This document shows, piece after piece, positions 1 through 11,639 of a DNA stretch of 64,000 nt. The number at the start of each line of letters is the position of its first letter. The first letter of the stretch is position 1. The stretch lies in NCBI RefSeq assembly GCF_001194135.2, contig NC_068985.1, forward strand, positions 17,061,003 through 17,125,002, given 5' to 3'. The notes below the pieces were generated by a model. It was given only the letters and a program-made list of their open reading frames with translations, was not told where the DNA came from and ran no database searches. Position numbers and translations under genes: made by a program. Source of the DNA: Octopus bimaculoides. Lineage: Eukaryota.

Positions 1-93
1 CAAGGGCAAGTATCCTCCCAACCCCACCACATCCCTATCAACTCCTTCCTACAGGTTCATGCTCAGTCAAGACCCATTTATTTATGCCATGCT

Positions 94-211
94 AGAAGAA
101 GAAGAAGAAGAAGAAGAAGAAGAAGAAGAAGAAGAAAAGGAAGAAGAAGAAGAAGAAGAAAAGGAAGAAGAAGAAGAAGAAGAAGAAGAAGAAGAAGAAG
201 AAGAAGAAGAA
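94..211 (+). repeat. (GAA)n microsatellite followed by a G/A-rich purine tract to ~392
   Basis: Direct: about 39 GAA units with two AAGG interruptions. Explains the poly-Ser ORF 82..393. Confidence 0.97.
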
Positions 212-1267
212 GGGGCAGATTGAGAGAAGGGGCAGCAGGGGAGGAAAGATGGATGGAGTGAAGGATAAAGGGTGAAATGGGAGTGGTGATGGGGTAGGGG
301 AAGAGGCTGGGGCTGTGGGAAGGGGGAGAGAGGGAGGTGAGTATGGAGTACGAGGAGGAGAAGGAAGGAAGGAAGGGGAGGAGGAGGAGGCAAGAATGTT
401 GTTCTAAACTACATGTTGATCATTTATGAAACATAATTATCAACAAAACAGACAAAAAATAAATAATAAAAGCCAAAAAATTCATTGAAATGAAGAAGAC
501 TAGAAGGCGAGAGAGAGATAAAGCAGCTTAGAGAGGAATTCTCATGAAGATAAAGATATTTGTAAAGAACACAGATTGAGAATTTTACTTTTGTAAATTC
601 TTATAAACACAGGAAAAAGTAAATAAACTATGCTAATTTATTTTAATGGTCATACTTTAGACGTTCAGTTCATTACTACATGATTTCAAGTTCAATTTCA
701 CTGTCAGGCACCTTGGAACAAGGATCTTCTGCGAAAGACTCGGGTCAATGAAAGCTTTATGAGTGAAATCTATTGGAGGGAAATTGGGTGAAAACTCATT
801 GGAAGAATCAATTTTTGCTTTGGGGTAGTATACTTCAATTGTTGCTTGGCCCTTGGGTGAAATTGGAATGAGACAATTAGGTACAGCTGTTTGGATGCTG
901 GCAATTTGGCATGGCTGAGTGGACGTTTAAAACCTGTTTTGGAGACAGTACATTTTGGCATGTGCACATGCAGAGAAACATACACATAGAAATAGAAAGA
1001 ATGAGAGAGAGATTGGGAGAAACAAAACATCTCATGTCAAATAAGTCAGCATCGACTTAGTGACACCAAATAGGCAGCACCAAAATGGCACTCCTAGAGT
1101 GCCTTAAGCAGAGTATGCTCTGATGCAAGCAGTTGGGCCAAGTTTTGGTCAGAGGATGGCTTCCTTCATCAAACAGTCTTTGAAAAGGTCTTGGACAATA
1201 CCTTTCCTCTGACTAAATCAGGCAAAAAATTATTATTATTAATAATTAAAAAAAAAAAACAGAAATA

Positions 1268-1466
1268 GGCATAGAAGCATGGGTTGTGTGGTTAAGAACA
1301 AGACTACTTTACAACCACATGATTTCAGGTTCAGTCCCACTGGGTGGCACCTTGGGCAAGTATCTTCTATTATAGCCCCCAGGCTGACAAATAACTTGTG
1401 AGTAAACTTGGTAAACAGAAACTGTGTGGAAGCCTATGGTGTGTGTGTGTGTGTGTGTGTGTGTGT
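1268..1466 (+). mobile_element. SINE family A, left arm plus (TG)n
   Basis: tRNA-like head (GTTGTGTGGTTAAG, GGTTCAGTCCC) and ACCTTGGGCAAGT motif; matches the copies at 3181 and 55042. Confidence 0.8.
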
Positions 1467-1740
1467 CTATGGTAAGTGACTGGTTATAATGTCAGCAAGG
1501 AGTGTCAATATCATCATCATTGTTTCTTTATCAAGCAGTGATAAACATAGACTGCCAACATCCACACACATAAGAGAATAAAATATATTCAGTTAGAAAC
1601 AAGGAAAATGTGATTGTAGAAGGAATAGACAAAGATGTTGTTCAAGTATAATATTGCAAAACAGAATGATGAAAATATTTATTCTTCACTCCTGTATGAG
1701 TCACACCCATTCATAGATGCTCAGAGTTAAATTCACTGTG

Positions 1741-1940
1741 TTGTTGTTTTTGTTGTTTAGCCTAAGGTCAACTGTGATTCAGCAAACCTATAATCAAAGG
1801 CATACCAGCAGTGACCATCCCATCTTTTTAGAGGTGTTTAGGAATACATTGTCTGATGTGTTCTCCCTTAGGGAGGGTGATTCAAGAAAGATTTGGCTGC
1901 TATTTCTAACAAGACAAGTGGCTGTATAAGGGCTCCCTCA
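1741..1940 (-). mobile_element. Interspersed repeat family D ((AAC)n-tailed, probably non-LTR derived)
   Basis: Homologous segments at ~5860, 6690, 9790, 11950, 20820, 26560, 41920, 43810, 52090 and 58500. The (TTG)n end on + is taken as the tail, so strand is inferred. Confidence 0.7.
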
Positions 1941-2030
1941 AAGGCTCATACTCACTATATGTGAGTGTGAGCGTGTGTGTGAGTGCTTTCAGATATGTGT
2001 ATGTATGAATCTGTGCTGATGTGTGTATTC

Positions 2031-2239
2031 TTTTCTTTTATATGTTTCAGTCATTTGACTGCGGCCATGCTGGAGCACCAGCTGTAGTCGAGCAAATCGA
2101 CCCCAGAACTTATTCTTTGTAAGCCATAGTACTTATTCTAGCAGCATCTTTTGCTGAATTGCTAAGTTACGGGGACGTAAACACACCAGCATCAGTTGTC
2201 AAGCGATTGTGGGGGAACAAACACAGCCACACAAACACT

Positions 2240-2296
<57 letters not shown>

Positions 2297-2561
2297 AGCT
2301 TCTTTCAGTTTCCAACCTATTATCAAAAGCATACGAGTAGTGACCATCCCATCTTTTTAGGAGTGTTTAGGAATACATTATCTGATGTGTTCTCCCTTAC
2401 GCAGGGTGTAATTCGAGAAAGATTTGACTACCAAATCTACTCACAAGGCTTTGGTCAACCCAAGGATATAGAAGACACTTGCCGAAGGTGCCACGCAGTG
2501 GGACTGAACCCGGAACCATATGGTTGGTAAGCAAGCTACTTGAAACAGCAACGCCTGCGCC
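2031..2561 (-). mobile_element. SINE family A, full length, carrying a 114-bp family D insert (2314-2427)
   Basis: Both arms plus the central (CA)n(TA)n align to 3181-3574. The insert interrupts TTTCC|..|CTACCAAAT. Confidence 0.88.
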
Positions 2562-2619
2562 TATCTTTGTGGCAAATAAGTTAACTATGGTGCTGTAATG
2601 TTTTCAATAGTGCTTTCTC

Positions 2620-2830
2620 CTTAAGGTGGTGAGCTGGCAGAATTGTTAGCACAAAATGCTTAGCATTTTGTCCATTTCTATGTTCTGAGTTCAAATTCTT
2701 CTGAGGTTGACTTTGCCTTTTCATTATTTCAGGGGTGATAAAATAAATACCAATTGAACACTGGGGTCAATGGAATTGACTTAACCCCTTTCCACAAAAT
2801 TACTGGTTTTATGCTAAAATTTGAAACCAG
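2620..2830 (+). mobile_element. SINE family B (tRNA-like head, Meta-like central domain)
   Basis: GGTGAGCTGGCAGAA head, GAGTTCAAATTC B-box-like motif, TTCA..TTTCAGGGGTGATAAAATAA core. Other copies at ~7200, 9260, 14030, 18215, 21160, 21400, 26310, 29189, 29541, 30464, 30586, 37850, 42130, 45760, 47170, 50720 and 62460. The Meta-domain resemblance is from memory. Confidence 0.82.
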
Positions 2831-3180
2831 TAGTGTTTACTCCATCTTTTGTATTACATAAACTAAGTTTATCTATTGAGGAATTTGCCCTTGCGGGTTG
2901 CCATATCTCATTGTGAAGAAACTATTTATGCCAATCCCACAGTTATAACCCAAAAGAGCATCTTCAGTTTTAGCTAACTCAATAAAGAATGAAAATATAA
3001 AGGGAAGGGCAAAGAGCTATGATGTATTTAAAAGCTACCATGAAGTTGGCAAATAAATAATTTTCGTAATATTCTACAGGGAAGTTATTCTTCAAATGTT
3101 CTTGAAAAGAAAAAAATGAAGCTGGAAGGAGTGAATGACAGAAGCTTTTACACCTGTTACTTAGCGAATCAGCGCTATAC

Positions 3181-3574
3181 TCTCTTTTATTTGTTTCAGT
3201 CATTTGACTGTGGCCATGCTGGAGCACCGCCTTTAGTGGAGCAAATCGACCCCAGGACTTATTTTTTGTAAGCCTAGTACTTATTCTATCGGTCTCTTTT
3301 GCCGAACTGCTAAGTTACAGGGACATAAACACACCAGCATCGGTTGTCAAGAGATGTTGGGGGGACAAACACAGACACACAAACACATATATATATATAC
3401 ATATATATATACGACGGGCTTCTTTCAGTTTCCATCTACCAAATCCACTCACAAGGCTTTGGTCAGCCCGAGGCTATAGTAGAAGACACTCGCCCAAGGT
3501 ACCACGCAGTGGGACTGAACCCAGAACCATGCGGTTGGTAAGCAAGCTACTTACCACACAGCCACTCCTGCGCC
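3181..3574 (-). mobile_element. SINE family A, full-length reference copy
   Basis: On the minus strand: GGCGCAGGAGTGGCTGTGTGGTAAG (A box), GGTTCTGGGTTCAGTCCC (B box), CCTTGGGCGAGTG, central microsatellite, right arm, (TAAAAGA)-type tail. Confidence 0.92.
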
Positions 3575-4118
3575 TATAGTTAACTTACTTGCCACAAAGG
3601 TAAATAGTTGACCCAACCCCTTCCTCATATATTGTAGTTGGGTGGGGTAAACTATAACAGACCATGTATATCCTATAGCTAGAGGAGGGTAAGCTATAAT
3701 ACACCATGTAGCAAAAATATTAAGAGGGTGAAAAAAAATGAAGAAAAATTGAATCAAAGACAAAAGAAAAGCATCAAAACTAAGATTAATAAAATTAAAA
3801 AAAAAAGAAACATAGTTGTCCTTTTCTTAAGTGAAACAGCTGGAACAATAAATAAGAGCCAGATATGCCATTTCCTTGTTGACCTAAATAAAGCTTTCAA
3901 AGGATGATGCTACTGTTATGTCAGATGGCTTAGGAAGAAATAAAAGGTGGAAGGGACTTGCAAAAACATAGAGTGACAAATTAGATATCTAAATATCAGA
4001 GAAGAGTTGTTTGTAGTTTGTTTTCTATACTTGTTTTTGTCACTAGGCTACAGTGAAGCTGCAGCAATGCCTCAAAGAATTTTTAGTCAAAAAATCACAA
4101 ATCAGCCCCAGTACCTAC

Positions 4119-4306
4119 TCTCTTTACTTGTTTCAGTCATTTGACTGTGGGCATGCTGGAGCACCACCTTTAGTCGAGCAAATCGACCCCAGAACTTATT
4201 CTTTGTAAGCCTAGTACTTATTCTATCGGTCTCTTTTTGCTGAACCGCTAAGTGACGGGGACATAAACACACCAGCATCGGTTGTCAAGCAATGCTAGGA
4301 GGACAA

Positions 4307-4340
<34 letters not shown>

Positions 4341-4706
4341 GGGTGACACGTAAAAGCACCCACTACACTCTCTGAGTGGTTGGCGTTAGGAAGGGCATCC
4401 AGCTGTAGAAACTCTGCCAAATTAGATTGGAGCCTGGTGTTGCCATCCGGTTTCACCAGTCCTCAGTCAAATCGTCCAACCCATGCTAGCATGGAAAGCG
4501 GACGTTAAACGATGATGATGATGATGATGATGATATATATATATATACATATATACAACGGGCTTCTTTCAGTTTCCGTCTACCAAAGCTCTGGTTGGCC
4601 AGAGGCTATAGTAGAAGACATTTGCCCAGGGTGCCACGCAGTGGGACTGAACCCAGAACCATGTGGTTGGTAAGCAAGCTACTTACCACACAGCCACTCC
4701 TGTGCC
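4119..4706 (-). mobile_element. SINE family A with a nested RTE-type 3' end (4341-4534, + strand)
   Basis: Both SINE arms are intact. The insert GGTGACACGTAAAAGCACC...CCATGCTAGCATGG...(GAT)n sits in the central (TA)n. Confidence 0.9.
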
Positions 4707-4885
4707 TGTTTTTTCATTCTTTTTTTCTAAAGCTTGGTACTTAATCTATCAGTCCATTTTGTTGAGCTGCTAAGTTACAGAGACGCAAATATACCAACAC
4801 CGGTTGTCAAATAGTGGTGGTGGGGACAAACACAAACACCAGACACACACACATGATGTACATAAATTGATAATTTGTACCAAGA

Positions 4886-5296
4886 CTGTAAATCCTTGAG
4901 TATAGTCCACCCTTGAGTATAATACGCAGGGGATTTTTAGGGGGCTGTACCTCTGAAAAACCTAAACCTTGTGTATTATACGCACCCCTTCTCTAACTTG
5001 AGTCAAGGAGGTCTATATAATGTCCTTGGTTTGTAAACATATATACGGTAACGTCCTTTATTATCATTGTATATATAACATAATGCAAACGTGTAGCTTT
5101 TTTGTTCACTTTGTTTGCAGAAAATAAAGAAATAACAGTAATAACGTCAGTGAAAAATAGATATTAAGTAAATTGCCTTTACATATTTATCACTTAGAAA
5201 ATTTTTTTCATTTTTAACCTCGTATAAAGTACGCACTAGAAATTTTGACCTTTAAATTTTGGGAAAAAAGTGCGGATTATACTCGAGGATTTACGG
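4886..5296. mobile_element. pogo/Tigger-like MITE
   Basis: TIRs CTGTAAATCCTTGAGTATAGTCC and rc CCGTAAATCCTCGAGTATAATCC, with internal repeats of the TATAA(T/A)ACGCA motif. The TA TSD is degenerate. Confidence 0.72.
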
Positions 5297-6870
5297 TTCT
5301 TAATGTTTTAATATTTTATAATTATAGTGATAAATATTACATCAATTTATCTCACCACCTAAAGTCTACTCCTAACACTAACTAACCACTATTATAACAA
5401 TACTCAAAACACCAAAAGAAATATCTCAGAATATATTCTCCAAGATATATTTCTACAATGCTATGTGCCTGTGTTATGCACAATCTTCTGTTACAGGAAC
5501 CTTCCACTATGAACACACAACATATTTTAACCACCCCAGCACCCAATCTTCATTCATATCACATGTCCATACCAGTGCAGATATCCCATCTGCATCATTA
5601 ACATTGCACATGATGTGCTGTTCTTTTCTCCATCTCTGCAGACTCTCTGTTTCCAATGCTAAGGTCTCATTACTATATAGCAACACGCTCCTTATACTTT
5701 CTTAAAGCAGCCTGCCATTTGCATGATGAGAGAAGCTCTTTACTTCCAACAAAGATAACAGATTCCTGAATTTCTACCCCTTTCTTACTCAAGCTATTAC
5801 GTCAATGCTACAACTATTTTCAGCACTAATTGTTGTTATTGTTTTTTTTTTTCTCCTTCCAGGTCGGATTTGATGAGTGTGTATTGTCAAAGGTATTCCA
5901 ACCATAATCATTACATCTATCTTTCTACCCGCCCCCCACATAGCAAAACTAAGGCTACATTATTTAATGTATCCTTTCATATGTAATTTCAAGGAAATCT
6001 GATGGCTATTTCCAGAAGATCAAATGTCCACATAGTGGTCACAGCCAAAGAAGACAATTTATCACCAATCACTCATAGACGGATGGCAAAATTAGTATGA
6101 TATCAAACAAAATACCTTGTGGTGTTTGGTTAATCTTTTTGTGTTTTGTGCTCAAATCTCACCAAGGTGTACTTTGCTTTTTACCCTTCTAAGGTCAATA
6201 AATTAAAAAGCAATTGATAAATACATACTGGATGCAATTAACTATTCAGTTAAGACAACATTGCCCAGCATAGCCATAAACATATTTGAACTCTTGATTT
6301 TCAATCAGTGTAGCAGAAATACCATGGTAGCTTTTGTGTGCCATTGCTGGCACCAAGTACAAAGTACAGTTCTCACATTCAGCTCCTTACATGGGAAGAC
6401 AACTATCCAGATAACACAGAGATTTCACTAACAACAGTAATATACATTAACCATGGAGTATAGACCATTCTTCCAGATTTGGCACATTTTCTACCACTCT
6501 TTGACACATGCCATTATCACTAAATAATGTCTTGTCAAAATTTTAAGAAGAAAAACAGAAGTTTTGTCTAGAAATAACTTAGCTAGAAAAACTTTAGTCT
6601 AGAAATAGCATAGCTTTACTTCACATAGAAAAAAAAAATCACAACCTGTGTACTATTCTTAAACAAAGGGCCAACAAATGAGTGTCTAAGTGGTGGTTTG
6701 ACCTCTATAAATAACAGCCAAATCTCCCTCAAATCACAAAAAAAAGACACATTCAATAATATGGTCTGGGTGCATTGTGTCAAAAGAAAAGATTTGATAT
6801 CTTTTAATCTCGGGTCTGCTGGATCAAAAATAACCAGCAGTTAAAAAAAAAAAACTTAAATTCTCTAAAA

Positions 6871-7720
6871 CAGGGGTTTTCAAACTGTGGTCCGCAAGGA
6901 CAAGACAGGGGGTCCATGCAAAGCCAAGCAAGCACATCCTTCTCACTAAGTATGTATTAAAAAAATCCTGTGTGTATAATTGACAATAAACCTATTTGTT
7001 AAATACTGTTAGATAAATAAATGTAAAAATATTTGTTTGTCCCCTCTATGTTTAGCCCTCTTTGGGCAATAAAGAAATAAATATCTGTTTTAAGATACTA
7101 ATCACAAACCTGGTTATATTTCCATTCATATGTGTCCTACCATAAAAATATTAAAAACATATTCTATATATTTCCTTTCATGTGTGTCATAACATGGAAA
7201 TACTTAGCGGTATTTCATCTGTCTTTACGTTCTGAGTTCAAATTCTGCCAAGGTCGACTTTGCCGTTCATCCTTTCGGGGTCGATTAAATAAGTATCAGT
7301 TACGCACTTGAGCTTGATGTAATCGACTTAATCCCTCTGTCTATCTTTGTTTGCCCCCTCTATGTTTAGCCCCCTGTAGGCAATAAAGAAATAAATATCT
7401 GTTTTAATATAAATTCCATACTAATCACAAACCTGGTTATATTTCCATTCATATGTGTTCTACCATAAAAATATTAAAAACATATTCTATATATTTCCCT
7501 TCATATGTATCATAACATGGAAAAAGATTAAAACTATATTCTAAATGTATATATGTTATATATTTTTCAATATGTGACTGCGTGTGTATCATTGGCAATT
7601 TTCTTTCTCCATCTTCCCTTCTTTGGACTTTTTCTTAGATTAAGTTTCACAGTATTAAATATATATATCTTTATCTTATGATAGTGGATCTTCATCAATG
7701 AGTTCATGAACCTTAGTTCT
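6871..7720. mobile_element. hAT (Charlie-like) non-autonomous element interrupted by SINE B; right end uncertain
   Basis: Left end CAGGGGTTTTCAAACTGTGGTCCGC preceded by CTCTAAAA; the same octamer recurs at 7724-7731. Internal sequence recurs at ~16950-17070. Confidence 0.5.
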
Positions 7721-7733
7721 TTTCTCTAAAACT

Positions 7734-7776
<43 letters not shown>

Positions 7777-8967
7777 TATTTTACATAAAAGATTTAAATA
7801 TTACAAAAATGTTATATATCTTATTACAGAGTATTTAATAATCAGTTATTTATTCATTTGCTGCAACATAATACCCAAATAATTTGCAGTGTTATATAGT
7901 AAGTGGCAACTTCATTGAACAGACAGCAGTGATTTAGTAGTTTAAATAGTTTGTAGCTTATGTGGCAGCTCACAATATGTGGCTAAAATGAGGAGAAAAT
8001 TTTTTTTAAATAAACACCAGTAACAGTAACAACAATAACAACCATTTCTTTTATTTGCCCCAGGAGCATGAAATGAAGGAGACATTAAAATATGTAAAGA
8101 GTGGGATGTTACAGCTCATACAACATACACAAAATCATCATTTAACACAACTAACATAGTAAAAAACATAGAGCATATTCTACAAAAAACCCCGAAGCAT
8201 CACTAAAGTAACCGCACTAGAAATAACAAAGCAAACAACCAAACGAAACAGATATAGCATTGAGGATTCTAGATACCACCACCACCACACAAAAAGGTAA
8301 TAATAAAAAGAAATAACAATGCTGTGAACACCAGGCGTTGAAGTAGAAACTTGGATGAAACTATAGAGAAGGAGATGATGATGATGATGATGATGATGAA
8401 AATAGGTAACAGAAAATTTGTTGGAATTTTAAAAAAATATCTGAAATATTTCTTTCACATTTCTCAGAGAGTTGAACTGGTCAGTAAAAAAAAAAAAAGA
8501 AAAACATAACAAGGACAGAAAAGGAAATGTCAGCAAAAACAAAATAAAAGTAAAAAAAAAAAAAAAGAAAAAAAACTAGCTGTCAGCACCAGTTTATACA
8601 AACTATTAATTCTAACAAGCAAATACTTTCTAAGCAGAGTCAGAAAATGCTTAAAATAACTTTCATCTTTAACATATAATTGGGAAAGTTTTCTTGCAGT
8701 CAACCTAATTGAAAGGTAGAACAAGTTTTAGTATACAAGTAAGAATCGTGAATATAAAAGGGTGAAAAGCTGTAAGTCACCTCAGATTTGGGGGTGGAAT
8801 TGTTTGAGGATTTAGGTTTGCTTTTTTTTTATTAGGTACATGCAATTAAGACAGCAAGCTGGCAGAATCGTTAGCGTGCTGGACGAAATGCTTAGCGGCA
8901 TTTCATCTGCCAATTCCACCAAGGACGACTTTGGAAGACGAAAATAATAAACATGAAGCTAAAAACT

Positions 8968-9250
8968 TCATCATCATTTTAATATCCACATTTAATATCC
9001 ATTTTAATATCCACTCTATGCATCATTTAATATCCACTTTTCCATGCTTGCATGGGTCAGATGGAATTTACTGAGACAGATTTTCTACTGCCAGATGCCT
9101 CTTCTGTCACCAACCCTCTTGTCTTTCCAAGTATGGTGATATCTCCCCTTGGCCAAACATGTTTTCACAGAAGATTGGAAATGACTAACACCACCTGTAA
9201 GATGATGATGCTTACAACCATCACATGAAGTCAAGACAAAGAGACACAAA
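8968..9250 (-). mobile_element. Repeat family E (RTE-type 3' end)
   Basis: Shares CCATGCTTGCATGG and a GGATGCCCTTCC-like motif with family C. Further copies at ~19090, 24660, 28070 and 36490. Confidence 0.72.
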
Positions 9251-10009
9251 CATTCTGGGTTCAAATTTCACTGAAGTCGACTTTGCTTTTCATCCTTTCA
9301 AGGTCAGTAAAATAAGTACCAGTTGAGCACAAGGGTCAATGTAATTGACTTCCCCACTCTATTGAAATTGCTGGCCTTGTGCCAAAAATTGAAGCCAATA
9401 TTTCAAATATTACTAAAATGTGAATTAACTCCTTAGCCTAACTAATATTATCAAACTAAGAATTTAAGTTAAAATATTATGGCAAATTAGGGGCAAAAAA
9501 TATTGATGTTAACTGAATAAAAAAAAAAGTGGTGGGAGGGTGGGTTACAAAGAGAAGGTTAAGACAGGCAGTAAGGAAACCCTTAGATCATTTGTTTATG
9601 GCAAAGGAGACACTGAGTCCAGTAAGACATCTTTGTCACAAGTGGTTCCATAATAAACACACCCTAGTGGAGATGGTAGACTTAATATGTTGGACCTTCA
9701 TGTCCCATGTGTGTTTAACAATGGACAGCATTCTGTTGAGAGCACTCGTACTAGACATTTCAGTTGAGTAAAACATAGTGGTTTGTTAGCACTGATTGAG
9801 CAGAATCATGGTCAAAGGCGTTCAAGTTATGATTATCTTGTCCTATTTTTAGGGATAATATACAAAGTGCCCTATTATTTGAAGAAAGTAGGATATGATT
9901 TGAGGGAGATTTTGACTACTTTTTTCTAGGAGATGAATACAACCAGGTGAAAATTCCCTCTCACTTGGATGCAAATAACAAAGAACTTTCGGTTATACTC
10001 AACACAGTA

Positions 10010-10201
10010 CAAGGGGGTGCTGAAAATTTCCTAGCTTTAGATAAAAGAAAATACAGAAGGATCAGTTGATTATGATTCACACACTTACTGCAATTGGTCC
10101 TTCAGTTTTCCTAAGCCCTGTAAAAGAACAGGGAAGGTTGTGCCTCCAACTAGGCTTTTCGTGATACCCTAAATGCCAGGAACTTTTCAGCACTCCCCTC
10201 A
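10010..10201. mobile_element. mariner-type MITE
   Basis: TIRs CAAGGGGGTGCTGAAAATTTCCTAGC and rc TGAGGGGAGTGCTGAAAAGTTCCTGGC, with TA on both sides. Confidence 0.82.
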
Positions 10202-10438
10202 TACAATGTAGTATTCTTCCCACATAAAAACTACTGTCAGGAGTTGAGTTGCTTTCCATTTTGAACTGTGTGCACCAGTTAATCTCTTTTGTTATTCAAA
10301 ATTGCAAGGCTCACAGCAACAGAAACTCCACCAGGCCTAGATGCTTGTTGATGAAGTGTCCCCAGAAGTTGCATAATTTGACAAAAAAGTGGGGGAAGAC
10401 AAGTTAAGAAGAAGAGGTTTAGTGTTGTGATGTTGGTG

Positions 10439-10488
<50 letters not shown>

Positions 10489-11230
10489 ACATGCAAGTAT
10501 AGGTATGTTAGTGTACAAGGGTGAAATTAGAAAAACAGTCAGTAAATATTTTGGTTTCATCTGTAGGTGTATTGTTTACGCAGAATCTCCAAACAAATTT
10601 TTTTCTCACCCCTCAACACCAACCTTTACCATACCCTCATTATCTCTGCCCCCATCTGATTGTCTGATCACTGCCTAATCAAGGTAACCTACTTTGTATT
10701 ATCATATAGCATAACAAACTCATTTTCCAAAATCTCTGGTACATTAATCAGCTAATTGATTGAAATTCTGCCAATTCTATGCTAACTGCTCTTGGCAGTA
10801 AATGTACTTTAACACTAAGCATACCGAAACCAAACCCATCCTCCTGAATATGACAAGGTATGTCTCTCAGATAACCAAAATCCATGATCTCAAATATATC
10901 ATAATATTTTACTCAGATTTGCAATGCTACTGTGTAAGAAACTAAAACACCTGTAATAAAATACTCTCTGTTACTAACTGAGAAACATTCACTTATTGCA
11001 ACAATACTTGCAAATAACCATACAGAAAACAAGAGGCTTTCATTCATCACATGGCCTACAAGATCTTCCGCCTCCTAAATGGTGGTGAAGTCTTTTGGTC
11101 TTTCACCAAAAGTAACAAATATCCACGTGGCAAATCTTCTTAAACACAACCCTTCACCAAGATTATTATGTAAGTAACAAACCCTGTAGATAAAAGTTAA
11201 TATATTTGTCACTTGCTTTTCTTCTACTGT

Positions 11231-11551
11231 GGAGGCACAATGGCGCAGTGGTTAGGGCAGCGGACTCACGATAGGGGGATCACGGTTTCGATTCCCAGAC
11301 CGGGCATTGTGTGTGTTTATTGAGCGAAAACACCTAAAGCTCCACGAGGCTCCGGCAGGAGGGTGGGGTGGCGACCCCTATTGTACTCTTTTGCCCCAAC
11401 TTTCTCTCACTCTTTCTTCCTGTTTCTTGAGTAATGCTGTGATGGACTGGCGTCCCGTCCAGCTGGGGGGGAACACATACGCCATAGAAACCGGGAAACT
11501 GGGCCCATGAGCTTGGCTAGGCTTGAAAAGGGTACATAAATAAATAAATAA
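11231..11551 (+). mobile_element. Full-length tRNA-derived SINE (CORE-like body, (TAAA)n tail)
   Basis: A box TGGCGCAGTGG, B box GGTTTCGATTCC, tail TAAATAAATAAATA. TTTCTTCTACT is duplicated on both flanks (TSD). Confidence 0.9.
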
Positions 11552-11639
11552 TTTCTTCTACTATGTATGGACACAATATACCCTTTCTTCTTGACTTGCT
11601 TATTCTACCTTTCTAGCACCATTCCTAAAAAGGAAAACT

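Noticed and set aside
5860-5895. Apparent + strand exon (TTCCAG|GTCGG...AAAG|GTATT)
   Set aside because: It lies within a family D repeat end.
11231-11305. tRNA-like sequences (also at 42620-42693, 52840-52917 and all SINE A/B heads)
   Set aside because: A and B boxes are present, but there is no complete acceptor stem and each continues into a SINE body; they are not tRNA genes.
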